Notes: generated from the sequence alone by a model not told the origin. A stretch of DNA of 64,000 nt from Vicinamibacteria bacterium (GCA_963800785.1 CAWDCH010000018.1:717653-781652), one strand, 5' to 3'; counted from the stretch's first letter, positions 46,541 to 58,471 are shown. Made by a program: numbers and translations.

Positions 46541-47459
46541 AGGGAGGGTTTTCCGCATCCGTCGCTTCATCCTCGAAGGCATGGCGGATAACCGCGAGGC
46601 GTTTCGCCGATCGGGCGTCACATACTTCCCTACGTCGAACCCCCGGGACATCCGGACGGGCTGCTCGACCTGCTCGCGCCCCACGCGGCAATCGTCGTCT
46701 GCGACGACTATCCCGCGTTCACCGTCAATCGGCTGACCGAAGCGGCCGTGGCGCGCATTCCGGTTCGGTTCGACGCTGTCAACGCCAACGGGATCCTCCC
46801 TGTTGCGCGCGTTCTTTCCCGAACGCCCTCTGCGGGACCCGCTCGACGCGCCATCCGCGCGCGGAGCGCCGGGCACTCCAGCCGAGGTCGTCAGGCGTTG
46901 CCGGCACGTGCCAGCAGCGCCAGAGCTGGCTGGTAGAGTGTGTCGGCGAGCGGCTCGGCTTCAACCCGTGCGTCCAGCGACCCGCCGATTACGACCGGTT
47001 CGAGCCGCCGCCGTCCTGGGCCCTGACCACCCTTGGCCACCACGTAACGGATCCTCGTCCCGTGACGTATTCACTCGAACAGTTCGAGGCCGCCGAGACG
47101 CACGATGCGCTCGGCCGGCCGCCCAGGGCGAGCTGATCGTCGAGGGGCGCATCCAGAACTATCTTCGAATGCTCTTGGGCAAGAAAATTCTGGAGTGGTC
47201 GCCGACGCCACAGGACGGCCTGGCGGTCATGATCGAGTTGAACAACAAGTACGCGGTGGACGGACGGGACCCCAATTCCTCAGCGGCATCTTCTGGACGC
47301 TTGGACGGTATGATCGCCCCCTGGCCGCCGGAACGTCCGATTTTCGGCACGGTGCGTTATATGAGCTCAGAGAACACCGCTCGGAAGATGCCGACGAAAG
47401 AATACCTGCGGCGATACGCGCCCGACCGTCACCCCGAGCCGACGGTCCCCGACCGCTGA
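46541..47459 (+). pseudogene. Class II-like CPD photolyase, N-terminally truncated and multiply frameshifted
   Basis: Family-like pieces lie in different frames. They are RFILEGMADNREAFRRSGVTYFP; YVEPPG..LLDLLAPHAAIVVCDDYPAFTVNRL...VRFDAVNANGILPV; DPRPVTYSLEQFEAAETHD; GELIVEGRIQNYLRMLLGKKILEW...NNKYAVDGRDPNS; SGIFWTLGRYDRP; and ERPIFGTVRYMSSENTARK. Confidence 0.7.
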
Positions 47460-47463
47460 CACC

Positions 47464-48648
47464 GTGCCGACATACGAGAAACACTCGATCCTCGACGTGT
47501 CTCCCGCGGCTCTGTTTGCCTGGCACGTTCGGCCCGGCGCGTTCGAGCGCCTGGCGCCGCCTTGGGAACATCTGCGGGTCCTGTCCCGACACGGCGGCAT
47601 CGCCGACGGCAGCCGCCTGACGATGGAGATCCGCCGCGGCCTGTTGAAGATCCGGTGGGAAGCGGTGCATCGCGGGTTCATCGACGGCGTGCAGTTTCAG
47701 GACGTTCAGGTCGCGGGCCCGTTCAAGCGCTGGGTGCATACTCACAAAGTCGCGCCGGCGGCCGACGGGCGTGCCGAGTTAATCGACGAGGTCGACTATG
47801 CCCTGCCGTTTGGGCCGCTGGGCGCATTGGCAGGCGGGTTGGTGGCCCGCCGAATGATGGACCGGACCTTTTCGTTCCGGCATCGCCGGATCGCGACCGA
47901 TCTGGTACGCCATAAAGATGTGGGTCGCGGCCGGCGGCTGCGTCTGGTCCTGACCGGCAACGCTGGATACCTCCTGACCCAATTGGCCGCCTTTCTCAGC
48001 ACCGGCGGCCATCTGGTCCACGTCTTCCCGACCGGCCAGAACGGCACCGGCGCCCTACCGCATTCAGCGTGGGGGCCGACGGCGGTTCCAGATTTTGCCG
48101 CGCTCGAACAGGCGGACGCCGTCATCCACATCGGGCTGGAGGCGCTGTTGACGCTGCTGACCTCTCTCGAAGAGCGTCGCAGCCGCGCCCATACCGTGAT
48201 CGCGCTGCCAGCCGTCGCAGCCGGACCGCAGCCCGAGCCCGATGCGGCCACGCTTCAGGCAACGGTCGCGGGCGCGACCAAGCGTGTCGTAGTGCCGCTC
48301 ACGCCAGGCGTGCTCACGGCGGCGCCGCCGATCGAGGGGATCGTGCCCCCAGAGGCTCTGACGCCGTCCGTGGACGGCGCGCTCGTCGGCCTCGACGACC
48401 TCATCGGTGCGATCTACTTCGCCCTCTGCGACGACGCGGTTCGCGGATTCGTCGACATCACGATGCCGCGGCTCGGCGAAACGGCGGCGCTGCCACCGGC
48501 AATCGCGAAGTGGTCACCCGATGTCCGTGTGCTCCAGCTGCGCACGCCGCGCGGCGTCCAAGGGCGACCGCTCGCGGAGCTCGGGTTCGCCCCGACGAAC
48601 CCGACGCTGGCCGACACGATCGCATGCGAGCTGGGGTGGCCGGACTGA
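47464..48648 (+). CDS. SRPBCC-domain protein fused to a TIGR01777/YfcH-like (DUF1731) epimerase-fold domain
   Basis: GTG start. The N-terminal part is ...FAWHVRPGAFERLAPPWE...GPFKRWVHTH. The Rossmann-like part is VLTGNAGYLLTQL (a weak GxxGxxG). The tail is ...LAELGFAPTNPTLADTIACEL. Confidence 0.65.
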   Translation: MPTYEKHSILDVSPAALFAWHVRPGAFERLAPPWEHLRVLSRHGGIADGSRLTMEIRRGLLKIRWEAVHRGFIDGVQFQDVQVAGPFKRWVHTHKVAPAADGRAELIDEVDYALPFGPLGALAGGLVARRMMDRTFSFRHRRIATDLVRHKDVGRGRRLRLVLTGNAGYLLTQLAAFLSTGGHLVHVFPTGQNGTGALPHSAWGPTAVPDFAALEQADAVIHIGLEALLTLLTSLEERRSRAHTVIALPAVAAGPQPEPDAATLQATVAGATKRVVVPLTPGVLTAAPPIEGIVPPEALTPSVDGALVGLDDLIGAIYFALCDDAVRGFVDITMPRLGETAALPPAIAKWSPDVRVLQLRTPRGVQGRPLAELGFAPTNPTLADTIACELGWPD

Positions 48649-48651
48649 ACA

Positions 48652-48687
48652 CGGGTCCAATCAGGTCGGATCGGGTCTGAACGGGTC
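48652..48687. repeat. Single-arm array of GGTC-containing 9-10 nt units
   Basis: The sequence gggtccaatcaggtcggatcgggtctgaacgggtc has the same unit type as the hairpins at 53369 and 56083. Confidence 0.5.
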
Positions 48688-48753
48688 ATAAGAACGGCGA
48701 ACCTGACAACGTAACTCCCGTTTATAGTCAGATGCCGGTGATAAGCTGGTGTT

Positions 48754-50175
48754 ATGGGCAAGACACTGCTGGCGAAGGTGTGGGACGCGCACACCGTACG
48801 ACGGCTGCCGACGGGTCAGACGCAGCTCTTCATCGGCCTTCATCTCGTCCACGAGGTGACCAGCCCCCAGGCCTTCGACATGCTGCGTCAGCGTGGATGG
48901 CGTGTCGCGTTTCCGAATCGCACGTTCGCGACAGTGGATCACATCGTCCCGACGGCCAACCGACAGCGACCGTTCCTCGACACGATGGCGGAAGCGATGA
49001 TGTCGTCGCTCGAGCGGAACTGTCTCGAGTACGGCATCCCGCTCTACAACATCGGCAACGCACACCAGGGCATCGTCCACGTCATCGGTCCCGAGCTGGG
49101 GCTGACGCAGCCCGGCATGACGATCGCCTGCGGCGACAGCCACACGTCGACACACGGCGCGTTCGGTGCAGTCGCCTTCGGCATCGGCACTTCACAGGTC
49201 CGTGACGTCCTCGCGTCGCAATCGCTGGCGCTCGAGCCGCTCAAGGTCCGTCGCATCGAGGTGACGGGACGCCTGATGCCGGGCGTCTACGCCAAGGACG
49301 TGATCCTCGAGATCATCCGCCGCCTGGGTGTGAAAGGCGGCGCCGGCTTTGCCTACGAGTATGCGGGTCCCGTCGTCGATCGCATGTCGATGGACGAACG
49401 TATGACGATGTGCAACATGTCCATCGAGGGCGCGGCGCGGGTGGGTTATGTCAACCCGGACGAGACGACGTTCTCCTATCTCGAGGGGCGTTCGTTCGCG
49501 CCCGCCGGTGAGGACTTCGAGCGGGCGACAGCCGTGTGGCGTGACCTGCGATCGGATTCCGATGCGGCCTACGACGATCGCGTGGTGCTCGAGGGCGAAT
49601 CGATCGAGCCGACGGTCACCTGGGGCATCAATCCCGGCCAGTCGGTGGGGGTGAACAGCACACTGCCGGATCCCGCGGCCGCCGCTGAAGGCGAGCGCGC
49701 CGGCATCGCGGAGGCGCTGCAATTCATGGGCTTCAGCGCCGGTCAGAAAATCGCCGGCACGCCGATCAACGTCGCGTTCATCGGGTCGTGCACGAACAGT
49801 CGCCTGTCGGATTTGCGCGAAGCCGCGCGCATCGTGCGCGGCCATCACGTGGCTCCCGGGGTGCGCGCGCTGGTGGTGCCCGGCTCGGAAACGGTGCGTC
49901 AGGATGCCGAGCGGGAAGGGCTGCACGAGGTGTTTCGTGACGCCGGCTTCGAGTGGCGCGGCGCCGGCTGCTCGATGTGCCTGGCGATGAATCCGGACCG
50001 TCTCGAAGGCCGCGAGATCTGCGCGAGCTCCTCGAATCGGAACTTCAAGGGCCGCCAGGGCAGCCCGACGGGTCGAACCCTGCTGATGTCTCCCGCGATG
50101 GTCGCCGCGGCGGCGCTCGCCGGCGAGGTCGTGGACGTGCGTCAGCAGCTGGTTGGCGCGGGAGCGGGCGTATGA
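48754..50175 (+). CDS. leuC: 3-isopropylmalate dehydratase large subunit
   Basis: Reads [13 protein letters not shown]...[13 protein letters not shown]...[12 protein letters not shown]...FIGSCTNSR...GCSMCLAMN. Confidence 0.95.
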   Translation: MGKTLLAKVWDAHTVRRLPTGQTQLFIGLHLVHEVTSPQAFDMLRQRGWRVAFPNRTFATVDHIVPTANRQRPFLDTMAEAMMSSLERNCLEYGIPLYNIGNAHQGIVHVIGPELGLTQPGMTIACGDSHTSTHGAFGAVAFGIGTSQVRDVLASQSLALEPLKVRRIEVTGRLMPGVYAKDVILEIIRRLGVKGGAGFAYEYAGPVVDRMSMDERMTMCNMSIEGAARVGYVNPDETTFSYLEGRSFAPAGEDFERATAVWRDLRSDSDAAYDDRVVLEGESIEPTVTWGINPGQSVGVNSTLPDPAAAAEGERAGIAEALQFMGFSAGQKIAGTPINVAFIGSCTNSRLSDLREAARIVRGHHVAPGVRALVVPGSETVRQDAEREGLHEVFRDAGFEWRGAGCSMCLAMNPDRLEGREICASSSNRNFKGRQGSPTGRTLLMSPAMVAAAALAGEVVDVRQQLVGAGAGV

Positions 50176-50768
50176 GCGGCGCCAGTCGGATCCAGGCAGT
50201 CTCGGGCCGTGCGTTGCCGCTTCGCGGTCACGACATCGATACCGATCGCATCATCCCGGCCCGATATCTGCGCGCGATCTCGTTTGAAGGGCTGGAGAAG
50301 CATGTGTTCGCAGACGACCGGTCGGATCCCGCGCACCCCTTCAACGCGCCGCAGTTCCAAGGCGCGCAGGTCCTGCTCGTGAATCGGAACTTCGGCTGCG
50401 GCAGCTCGCGCGAGCACGCGCCGCAGGCGCTGCAGCGCTGGGGGATCGAGGCAATCGTTGGCGAAGTCTATTCGGAGATCTTCTTCGGCAACAGCGTCAC
50501 CATCGGTCTCCCCTGCCTGACGGTGAGTCACGAGGACGTCGAGCAGTTGATGAAGCGCGTGGAGTCCGATCCGGCAACGACGGTCAAGGTCGACGTCGAA
50601 GGACTGCAGGTCTCCGCAGGCGATCTTCGTGTCGAGGCCACGATGCCGCGATCAGCACACGAGGCACTGACGACGGGGATGTGGGATGGGACGGGGCTTT
50701 TGCTCGCGGATTTCGATCAGGTTCGGACGCTCGCGAGTAGTCTTCCCTACGTTACGGGTCGTTGGTGA
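50172..50768 (+). CDS. leuD: 3-isopropylmalate dehydratase small subunit
   Basis: ATGA overlap with leuC. Reads ...[15 protein letters not shown]...[15 protein letters not shown]...[17 protein letters not shown]. Confidence 0.9.
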   Translation: MSGASRIQAVSGRALPLRGHDIDTDRIIPARYLRAISFEGLEKHVFADDRSDPAHPFNAPQFQGAQVLLVNRNFGCGSSREHAPQALQRWGIEAIVGEVYSEIFFGNSVTIGLPCLTVSHEDVEQLMKRVESDPATTVKVDVEGLQVSAGDLRVEATMPRSAHEALTTGMWDGTGLLLADFDQVRTLASSLPYVTGRW

Positions 50769-50800
50769 GTAAGTTGGGCGCACCCAGTGCGCCCTACCTC

Positions 50801-50864
50801 CAATCCGCAATCTCCCTCTAATCCGCAATCAAATCCGCAATCCGCAATCCGCAATCCGCAATTT
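50801..50864. repeat. Heptamer array (AATCCGC)n, single orientation
   Basis: The sequence is caatccgcaatctccctctaatccgcaatcaaatccgcaatccgcaatccgcaatccgcaatt. It is the complement orientation of the arrays at 3613 and 3961. Confidence 0.9.
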
Positions 50865-50875
50865 CACGATCACCT

Positions 50876-53347
50876 TCACGGTTGCGTAAGCGCAATCACC
50901 GGATCCACCTGCGTCGCTCTCCTCGCCGGTGCCAGACAGGCGATCACCGACGCGATGGCGAGCACGACCGTTACCGCGCCAAGCACCGATGGATCGAGCG
51001 GGCCCACGCCGTAGAGCTGTGAGGCGATGATGCTCCGCAGTGCCAACGCGCCGGCAAAGCCAATCGTCAGGCCGACCAGCACGAGCGCCAGCCCCTCACG
51101 CAGGACGAGCGTCAGGATGCGGCCCCGGTCGCTGCCGAGCGCCATGCGAATCCCGATTTCACGCGTTCGCTGTGTCACCTGATACGCCAGGACGCCATAG
51201 AGACCAAGCGACGCCAGAAATAACGCGATGCCGCCAAATCCGAGCGCCAGCACCATCGGCGTACGGCGCGGGTTCAGCGACTTGTCGACGCGCTCAGGCA
51301 TCGAGAAGACGTCGAAGAGCTGAAGCTCGGGATCGACGCCGGCGAGGGCGCGCCTCACCGACGACAACGCGGCGCTCGTATCGCCCGCGGTGCGAATCGC
51401 GAAGCCGATGCCGCGCGTGGGGTTCTGCGCGTACGGCATGTAGTAGGCGCCCGCCCTTGCGTTCTCGCCCTCGATGAGCCCTTTCAGCTTCACTGCACCG
51501 ACGACGCCAACCACCTGCATCCACTTGACCGTCGGTCCTGGCTTGGCGATGTCTTCCGGCTTGTCCGGTAAGTACATGCGACGGCCGATCGGATCGGCAT
51601 TTGGCCAGAACTTCTTTGCCAGTCGATCATCGACGATGATGACCTTGGGAGCGGTCTCGGTGTCGCCCGCCGTGAAGAAGCGCCCGCGCTTCAATGGCAC
51701 GCGCAGCGCCTGTAGATAGCCCTCGCTGACGTAGAGCTGATTCGGCGATACTACCGACTCGCCTGGCGCCATCACGTAGCCTTCCGGAATGACCACGCTG
51801 CTGCTGCCGTCCCAGCTGAATGGCAGGAAGCTGCTGACGCCCGCGGCTTCGATGCCCGGCAGCGCGCGGATGCTGGCGAGCGCTCGTGCCGCGTACGATC
51901 GCAAGGCCGCGTCGTTTGGATACTGCGCCTCCAGCGGCGTGACCCGCCCGGTGATGACGTGTTCCGCCCGGAAGCCCGGATCGACGCTGAGCAGCTGCCG
52001 GAAGCTCGCGAGCAGGAGCCCCGCTCCTATCAGCAGGATGAACGCGAGCGCCACCTGCGCGACGACGAGACCGCGCCGCACGTAGCGTGCACTGCGGCTG
52101 GCGGTGCCGCCACGTCCTTCTTCGCGGAGCACCGAATTCAGGTTGAAGCCGGCGAGCTGCAGCGCCGGGACGGCGCCCACGACAAGGCCTAGTAATACGG
52201 CGACGCCGAATGTAAAGGCGATGACGATGGCATCCATGTGGATTTCGTGAGCCCGCGGGAGATCCCAGATGCCGCTCTTCTTCAGAGCATCGACGCACCA
52301 ATAGCCGACGCTCAGGCCAGCCGCACCGCCCAAGAGCGTCACCAGCGTCGTCTCGGTCACGAGCTGCCGCATGACGCGGGACCGCGCCGCGCCGAGAGCG
52401 TGGCGCGTTGCGAGCTCCTTGACGCGGCCGCTCGCGCGCACGAGCGACAGGTTGGTGATGTTGACGGCGGCGATGAGCAGCACGAAGAGCACGCCACCCC
52501 ACAGCAGCTGGAGCGCACTCCGGACATCGCGTACGAGGTCGGCTTCGAGCGCGCTGACGACCGTGTTGTACTTGGCGTTGATCAGGGCGTCCTTCAAGGG
52601 GCCGGCGCGCTCGGTATATACCGCATTCAGTGCATCCAGCCGCGCGCGCACCTGCTGAATCGTGACGCCCGCGGCCAGGCGCCCCATGCCTTCGTGATTC
52701 TGGCTCCAACGCTGCTCTTCAGATTTGTCCTGTGCGCTGAAGGCCAGCGGCACGTAGACACGAACGTCGGGACTGAGGAATGTAAATGTGTCGGGCAGGA
52801 CGCCGACGACGCGATATGGCTGCCCGTCGAGGCGAATGTCGCGTCCCACCACTCCGTCCACGCCGCCGCTCTGCTTCTCGGCCAGCCCGCGGCTGAGGAC
52901 CGTCACCTTGTTTCGTCCGGGCTGTCCGTCGTCTTCGGTGAACAAGCGCCCGCGGAGGGGCGCGGCGCGCAGCACGCGGAAAAACGACGGCGTCACGCTC
53001 ATCGATGAGACGCCCTCTGACGCGCCGCCCTTCCCGACGCGAAAGCCGCCCCACTGGTAGAGGCAATACACGTCGAAGACGTCCGTCAGCTTCGCACGAT
53101 CGACGTAATTCGGGATTGACGTGCCCGCGCGCTCGACACCGGCACCTGGGAACGAGTCATAAGTAATGACTAAGCGATCGGGGGCGGGGTACGGCAGCGG
53201 CCGCAGCAGGACCGACTGGACGATCGTGAACAGCGCGCTGTTGGCGCCGATGCAAAGGGCCAGCGTAACGATCGCGGTGATGGCGAACCCGCGATCCTTG
53301 ACGAGCATCCGGAAGGCGAATTTCAGGTCTTGGCGCAGGGTATCCAT
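50876..53347 (-). CDS. ADOP-family duplicated FtsX/MacB-like permease (823 aa), tandem copy 1
   Basis: Starts MDTLRQDLKFAFRMLVKDRGFAITAIVTLALCIGANSALF... It is collinear with, and identical at most positions to, the 53605-56076 product. Confidence 0.9.
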   Translation of the reverse strand: MDTLRQDLKFAFRMLVKDRGFAITAIVTLALCIGANSALFTIVQSVLLRPLPYPAPDRLVITYDSFPGAGVERAGTSIPNYVDRAKLTDVFDVYCLYQWGGFRVGKGGASEGVSSMSVTPSFFRVLRAAPLRGRLFTEDDGQPGRNKVTVLSRGLAEKQSGGVDGVVGRDIRLDGQPYRVVGVLPDTFTFLSPDVRVYVPLAFSAQDKSEEQRWSQNHEGMGRLAAGVTIQQVRARLDALNAVYTERAGPLKDALINAKYNTVVSALEADLVRDVRSALQLLWGGVLFVLLIAAVNITNLSLVRASGRVKELATRHALGAARSRVMRQLVTETTLVTLLGGAAGLSVGYWCVDALKKSGIWDLPRAHEIHMDAIVIAFTFGVAVLLGLVVGAVPALQLAGFNLNSVLREEGRGGTASRSARYVRRGLVVAQVALAFILLIGAGLLLASFRQLLSVDPGFRAEHVITGRVTPLEAQYPNDAALRSYAARALASIRALPGIEAAGVSSFLPFSWDGSSSVVIPEGYVMAPGESVVSPNQLYVSEGYLQALRVPLKRGRFFTAGDTETAPKVIIVDDRLAKKFWPNADPIGRRMYLPDKPEDIAKPGPTVKWMQVVGVVGAVKLKGLIEGENARAGAYYMPYAQNPTRGIGFAIRTAGDTSAALSSVRRALAGVDPELQLFDVFSMPERVDKSLNPRRTPMVLALGFGGIALFLASLGLYGVLAYQVTQRTREIGIRMALGSDRGRILTLVLREGLALVLVGLTIGFAGALALRSIIASQLYGVGPLDPSVLGAVTVVLAIASVIACLAPARRATQVDPVIALTQP

Positions 53348-53368
53348 CGTCAGGTCGCTCCGGCCTAC

Positions 53369-53473
53369 TCGGGTCCAATCGGATCGATCGGGTCTGACAG
53401 GTCGCTCGGGTCACTCAGGTCGGGACCCGATCAGACCCGATTAGACCTGATCCGACCCGATCTGACCTGACTA
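53369..53473. repeat. Hairpin built from 9-nt (A/G)GGTCNNNC units upstream of permease copy 1
   Basis: The left arm is ...cgggtctgacaggtcgctcgggtcactcaggtcggg and the right arm is acccgatcagacccgattagacctgatccgacccgatctgacctg. It is near-identical to 56083-56186. Confidence 0.75.
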
Positions 53474-53504
53474 GACACGTTCCAAGATACGGGCGCGACC
53501 CGCT

Positions 53505-53594
53505 TCATGTTTCCGGATGCCGGACTCGCGCGACGTGCAGGAACGCCTGAGCGGCGTGCGACATCTCGCCGGCGCGGCGAGAGACGAAGCGCAG
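53505..53594 (-). pseudogene. Duplicated 3' end (last roughly 29 codons plus stop) of the LysR gene
   Basis: 53473-53594 aligns with 56186-56302 with few mismatches (...ttccaagatacgggcgcgacccgcttcatgtttccggatgc...). Similarity stops at 53594, 10 nt before the stop of permease copy 2. Confidence 0.7.
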
Positions 53595-53604
53595 GACCCC
53601 GTTT

Positions 53605-56076
53605 TCATTGCTGCGTAAGAGCAATTACCGGATCGACGAGTGTCGCGCGACGGGCCGGGGCGAGGCACGCACCGATCGATGCGATCGCGAGCACCACGAT
53701 CACCAATCCGATCACCGACGGATCGAGCGGTCCGACACCGTAGAGCTGTGACGCGATCACGCTGCGCAGCGCGAGGGCGCCGGCGAAGCCGATCGTCAAG
53801 CCGACGAGCACCAGCACGACGCCTTCCTTCAGCACGAGCCTCAAAATCCTCGCGGAGTCGCTGCCGAGCGCGAGGCGGATGCCGATTTCGCGCGTGCGCT
53901 GGCCGACCTGATAGGCGAGCACGCCGTACAGCCCGAGCGATGCGAGGAAGAGCGCGATGCCGCCGAAGCCGAGCGCCAGCATCATCGGCGTCTTGCGCGG
54001 GTTCAACGACTTCTCCACACGCTCGGGCATCGAGAAGACATCATAAAGCTGGGGCTCGGGATCGGTCGTCGTGAGGGCCTGCCGGATCGACGCGAGCGCC
54101 GCGCTCGTCTCGCCGGCGGTGCGAATTGCGAAGCCGATGTTCCGCGACGTGTCCTGCATGTACGGGATGTAATAGGCGCCGGCGCGCGCGTTCTCCCCCT
54201 CGATCAATCCCTTCAGCTTGACTGCTCCGACGACCCCGACAACCTGCATCCACTTCACATTGGGCCCAGGTTTGGCGACGTCGTCCGGTGTCGAGGGCAT
54301 GTACACGCGATGGCCCACCGGGTCGGCATTCGGCCAGAATTTCTTGGCCAACTGCTCGTCCACGATGATGACCCTCGGCGCGCCGTCAGTATCGTTCGGC
54401 GTGAAGAACCGCCCGCGCTTCAAGGGCACGCGCAGCGCCTCGAGGTAGCCATCCGTGACATACAGTTGGTTCGGCGACACCACCGACTCGCCCGGCGCCA
54501 TTACGTAGCCTTCCGGGATGATCACACTGCTGCTGCTATCCCAACTGAATGGGAGGTACGTGCTCACGCCCGCCGCTTCGATGCCCGGCAATGCGCGAAT
54601 CCGCTCGAGCGCGCGGCTGACGTACGAGCGCAGCGACGGGTCGTTCGGATAGCGCGTCTCGAGCAAGCTGACGCGGCCGGTGATGACGTGTTCGGCGCGG
54701 AAGCCGGGATCGACGCCGAGCAGCTGACGGAAGCTCGCGAGCAGGAGGCCGGCGCCGATCAGGAGGACGAAGGCGAGCGCCACTTGAGCGACGACGAGGC
54801 TCCGCCGTACGTACCGTGCTCCGCGACTCGCGGTTCCGCCCCGCCCCTCTTCCCGCAGGACCGAATTCAGATTGAACCCGGCCAGCTGCAACGCCGGGAC
54901 GGCGCCGACGACGATCCCGAGCAGCACGGAGACGCCTAGCGTAAAAGCGATGACCGTGGCGTCGACGTGAATCTCATGTGACCGCGGGAGATCCCACAGC
55001 CCGCTCTTCTTCAGCGCGTCAAGGCCCCACAAGCCAACGCCAAGGCCGGCGGCCCCGCCGATCAGCGTGACCACGGTCGTTTCGGTGACCAGCTGCCGCA
55101 TGATGCGCGACCGCGCCGCCCCCAGCGCGTGGCGTGCGGCCAGCTCTTTGACGCGGCCGCTCGCGCGCACCAGCGACAAGTTGGTGATGTTGACGCCGGC
55201 AATCAGCAGCACGAAAAGCACGCCGCCCCAGAGGAGCTCGAGCGCGCCGCGGACATCGCGCACGACGTCCTGCTCGAGCGAACGCACGACCGTGTGGTAC
55301 TTCGCGTTCTGAATCGCCGACTTGAGCGAGCCCGCGCGCTCGACGATTTGCACGTCGATCGCGTCGAGCCGGGCCTGTGCCTGCGCGATCGTGACTCCCG
55401 CCGCGAGTCGCCCGATGCCCTCGTGGTTCTGGCTCCAGCGCTGATCCTCCGACATGTCCTGCGCCGTGAAGGCGAGCGGCACGAAGACGCGCACCTCGGG
55501 GTTCATGAAGGTGAACGTGTCCGGCAGGACGCCGACGACGCGGTACAGCTGGTCGTTGAGGCGCAGATCGCGTCCGACGATGCCGTCGACTCCGCCGGCC
55601 TGCTTCTGGGCAAACGCGTAGCTGACGATCACGACATGGTTCTTACCAGGCGTGCCCTCGGCCTGCGTGAACAACCGGCCGCGATACGGCGCGGCGCGCA
55701 AGACTCGGAAGAACGACGGCGTGACTTTAATCGCCGCCACACCTTCAGCTGAAGCGCCCAGCCCGACGCCGTAACCGGCCCATTGATAGAGCGCGAACGA
55801 ATCGAACACCTCTGTCAGCTTGGCGCGATCAACGTAATTCGGTACCGACTCGCCGGCGCGTTCGACACCCGCGCCCGGGAAGGAGTCGTACGTGATCACG
55901 AGACGGTTCGATTCAGGGAACGGCAGCGGCCGGAGCAGAACCGCTTGAACGATAGTGAAGAGCGCGCTGTTGGCGCCGATGCAGAGGGCGAGGGTGATGA
56001 TCGCGGTGATCGCGAAGCCGCGATCTTTGAGGAGCATCCGGAAGGCAAACTTCAGGTCTTGGCGCAAGGTATCCAT
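53605..56076 (-). CDS. ADOP-family duplicated FtsX/MacB-like permease (823 aa), tandem copy 2
   Basis: Starts MDTLRQDLKFAFRMLLKDRGFAITAIITLALCIGANSALF... The start is taken at the ATG at 56076, equivalent to copy 1. The track start at 56133 runs into the hairpin. Confidence 0.9.
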   Translation of the reverse strand: MDTLRQDLKFAFRMLLKDRGFAITAIITLALCIGANSALFTIVQAVLLRPLPFPESNRLVITYDSFPGAGVERAGESVPNYVDRAKLTEVFDSFALYQWAGYGVGLGASAEGVAAIKVTPSFFRVLRAAPYRGRLFTQAEGTPGKNHVVIVSYAFAQKQAGGVDGIVGRDLRLNDQLYRVVGVLPDTFTFMNPEVRVFVPLAFTAQDMSEDQRWSQNHEGIGRLAAGVTIAQAQARLDAIDVQIVERAGSLKSAIQNAKYHTVVRSLEQDVVRDVRGALELLWGGVLFVLLIAGVNITNLSLVRASGRVKELAARHALGAARSRIMRQLVTETTVVTLIGGAAGLGVGLWGLDALKKSGLWDLPRSHEIHVDATVIAFTLGVSVLLGIVVGAVPALQLAGFNLNSVLREEGRGGTASRGARYVRRSLVVAQVALAFVLLIGAGLLLASFRQLLGVDPGFRAEHVITGRVSLLETRYPNDPSLRSYVSRALERIRALPGIEAAGVSTYLPFSWDSSSSVIIPEGYVMAPGESVVSPNQLYVTDGYLEALRVPLKRGRFFTPNDTDGAPRVIIVDEQLAKKFWPNADPVGHRVYMPSTPDDVAKPGPNVKWMQVVGVVGAVKLKGLIEGENARAGAYYIPYMQDTSRNIGFAIRTAGETSAALASIRQALTTTDPEPQLYDVFSMPERVEKSLNPRKTPMMLALGFGGIALFLASLGLYGVLAYQVGQRTREIGIRLALGSDSARILRLVLKEGVVLVLVGLTIGFAGALALRSVIASQLYGVGPLDPSVIGLVIVVLAIASIGACLAPARRATLVDPVIALTQQ

Positions 56077-56082
56077 CGTCAG

Positions 56083-56186
56083 GTCGCTCGGGTCTACTCG
56101 GGTCGATCGGGTCTGACGGGTCGCTCGGGTCACTCAGGTCGGACCCGATCTGACCCGATCCGACCCGATCTGACCTGATTAGACCC
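56083..56186. repeat. Hairpin built from 9-nt GGTC units (copy of 53369-53473)
   Basis: The sequence is gtcgctcgggtctactcgggtcgatcgggtctgacgggtcgctcgggtcactcaggtcgg / acccgatctgacccgatccgacccgatctgacctgatt. Confidence 0.75.
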
Positions 56187-56212
56187 GTTCCAAGATACGG
56201 GCGCGACCCGCT

Positions 56213-57106
56213 TCATGTTTCCGGATGCTGGACTCGCGCGACGTGCAGGAATGCCTGAGCGGCGTGCGACATCTCGCCGGCGCGGCGATAGACGAGGCGC
56301 AGCTGGCGCGCCAGACGGACTTGCTGCACCTTGACCGCGGCCAGCTGACCGCGGGACAGCTCGGTGACCGCACACCGCTTCGGCAACAGGGCGACGCCCA
56401 TTTTCATCTCGACGGCGCGCTTGATCGCCTCAAGGCTGGGCAACGCGACCTGAATGTTGATCGGCGCGTGCTTCAGCTCGAACGTCCGCAGCACGCGTTC
56501 ACGTGCGGGCGAGGGATCGTTGTGCGCGATGACCGTCTCCCGACCGAACTCGGCCAGCGTCACTTCCTTCCGGCCAGCCAGCGCATGCTGAGGATGGACG
56601 AGCATCACGAGATCGTCCGGGCCCAACGCCAGCGTCAGCAGACCCCGCTCAGCCGGCTGGAACGTGACGACCCCAAAGTCCAGACTCCCCTGCGCCACCT
56701 CGACGCCGACCTGGCGAGAGGGGACGCGCCGTACGTCGACCTGGATCTCGGGATGCTGGAGACGAAAACGGCCGATCAGAGGCAGCAACGCGTGGACGGC
56801 GCCCTCGTTGGCGCCGATGAGGACCCGTCCGCGCCGCAGATCGCGCAACTCGCGGACCGCGGTCTCGGCTTCTTCGCTGAGGCGCATCAGGCGCTGGGCA
56901 TAGTCGCGGAGGACCCGCCCCGCCTCGGTCAGGGCACCCTGTTTCGACGAGCGGTCGAACAGGCGCTCGCCGAGCTCTTCCTCGAGCCGGCGGATCGCCT
57001 GGCTGACGGCCGGTTGCGTCCGGTGCAGCTTGGCCGCTGCGCGCGAGAAGCTGCGCTCGGATGCAACGGTGAGAAAAACCCGCAATTCCGCCAGTTCCAT
57101 CGGCAC
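56213..57106 (-). CDS. LysR-family transcriptional regulator, divergent from leuA
   Basis: The HTH is LRVFLTVASERSFSRAAAKLHRTQPAVSQAIRRLEEELG, followed by a typical LysR substrate-binding domain. Confidence 0.9.
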   Translation of the reverse strand: MPMELAELRVFLTVASERSFSRAAAKLHRTQPAVSQAIRRLEEELGERLFDRSSKQGALTEAGRVLRDYAQRLMRLSEEAETAVRELRDLRRGRVLIGANEGAVHALLPLIGRFRLQHPEIQVDVRRVPSRQVGVEVAQGSLDFGVVTFQPAERGLLTLALGPDDLVMLVHPQHALAGRKEVTLAEFGRETVIAHNDPSPARERVLRTFELKHAPINIQVALPSLEAIKRAVEMKMGVALLPKRCAVTELSRGQLAAVKVQQVRLARQLRLVYRRAGEMSHAAQAFLHVARVQHPET

Positions 57107-57147
57107 GCCTCGAGTGAAGCGGTGCCCGTCTGGCGCCGCGCTGTCGC

Positions 57148-57162
57148 ATAATACGCTATTAT
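57148..57162. promoter_or_regulatory. Candidate LysR box (T-N11-A) in the AT-rich lysR/leuA spacer
   Basis: ATAATACGCTATTAT is a perfect ATAATA-CGC-TATTAT palindrome containing T-N11-A. It lies in the only AT-rich stretch between divergent starts 57106 and 57230. Confidence 0.4.
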
Positions 57163-57229
57163 TAAAGCGTAAGAATTATAGATTTGACTATATGTTGAAG
57201 CGAGCCGGAGAATTAGTGATGGAGGCTTC

Positions 57230-58465
<1,236 letters not shown>

Positions 58466-58471
58466 TCCTGA

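Noticed and set aside
48690-48753. Leucine leader peptide, attenuator or T-box upstream of leuC (the leuA leader at 57163-57229 was also checked)
   Set aside because: There is no short Leu-rich ORF, no terminator/antiterminator alternative and no T-box specifier architecture visible in either leader.
53471-53668. 65-aa minus-strand ORFs (also 56179-56373) that look conserved between the two permease copies
   Set aside because: Their conservation is explained by the duplicated lysR 3' end read in another frame. They are not independent genes.
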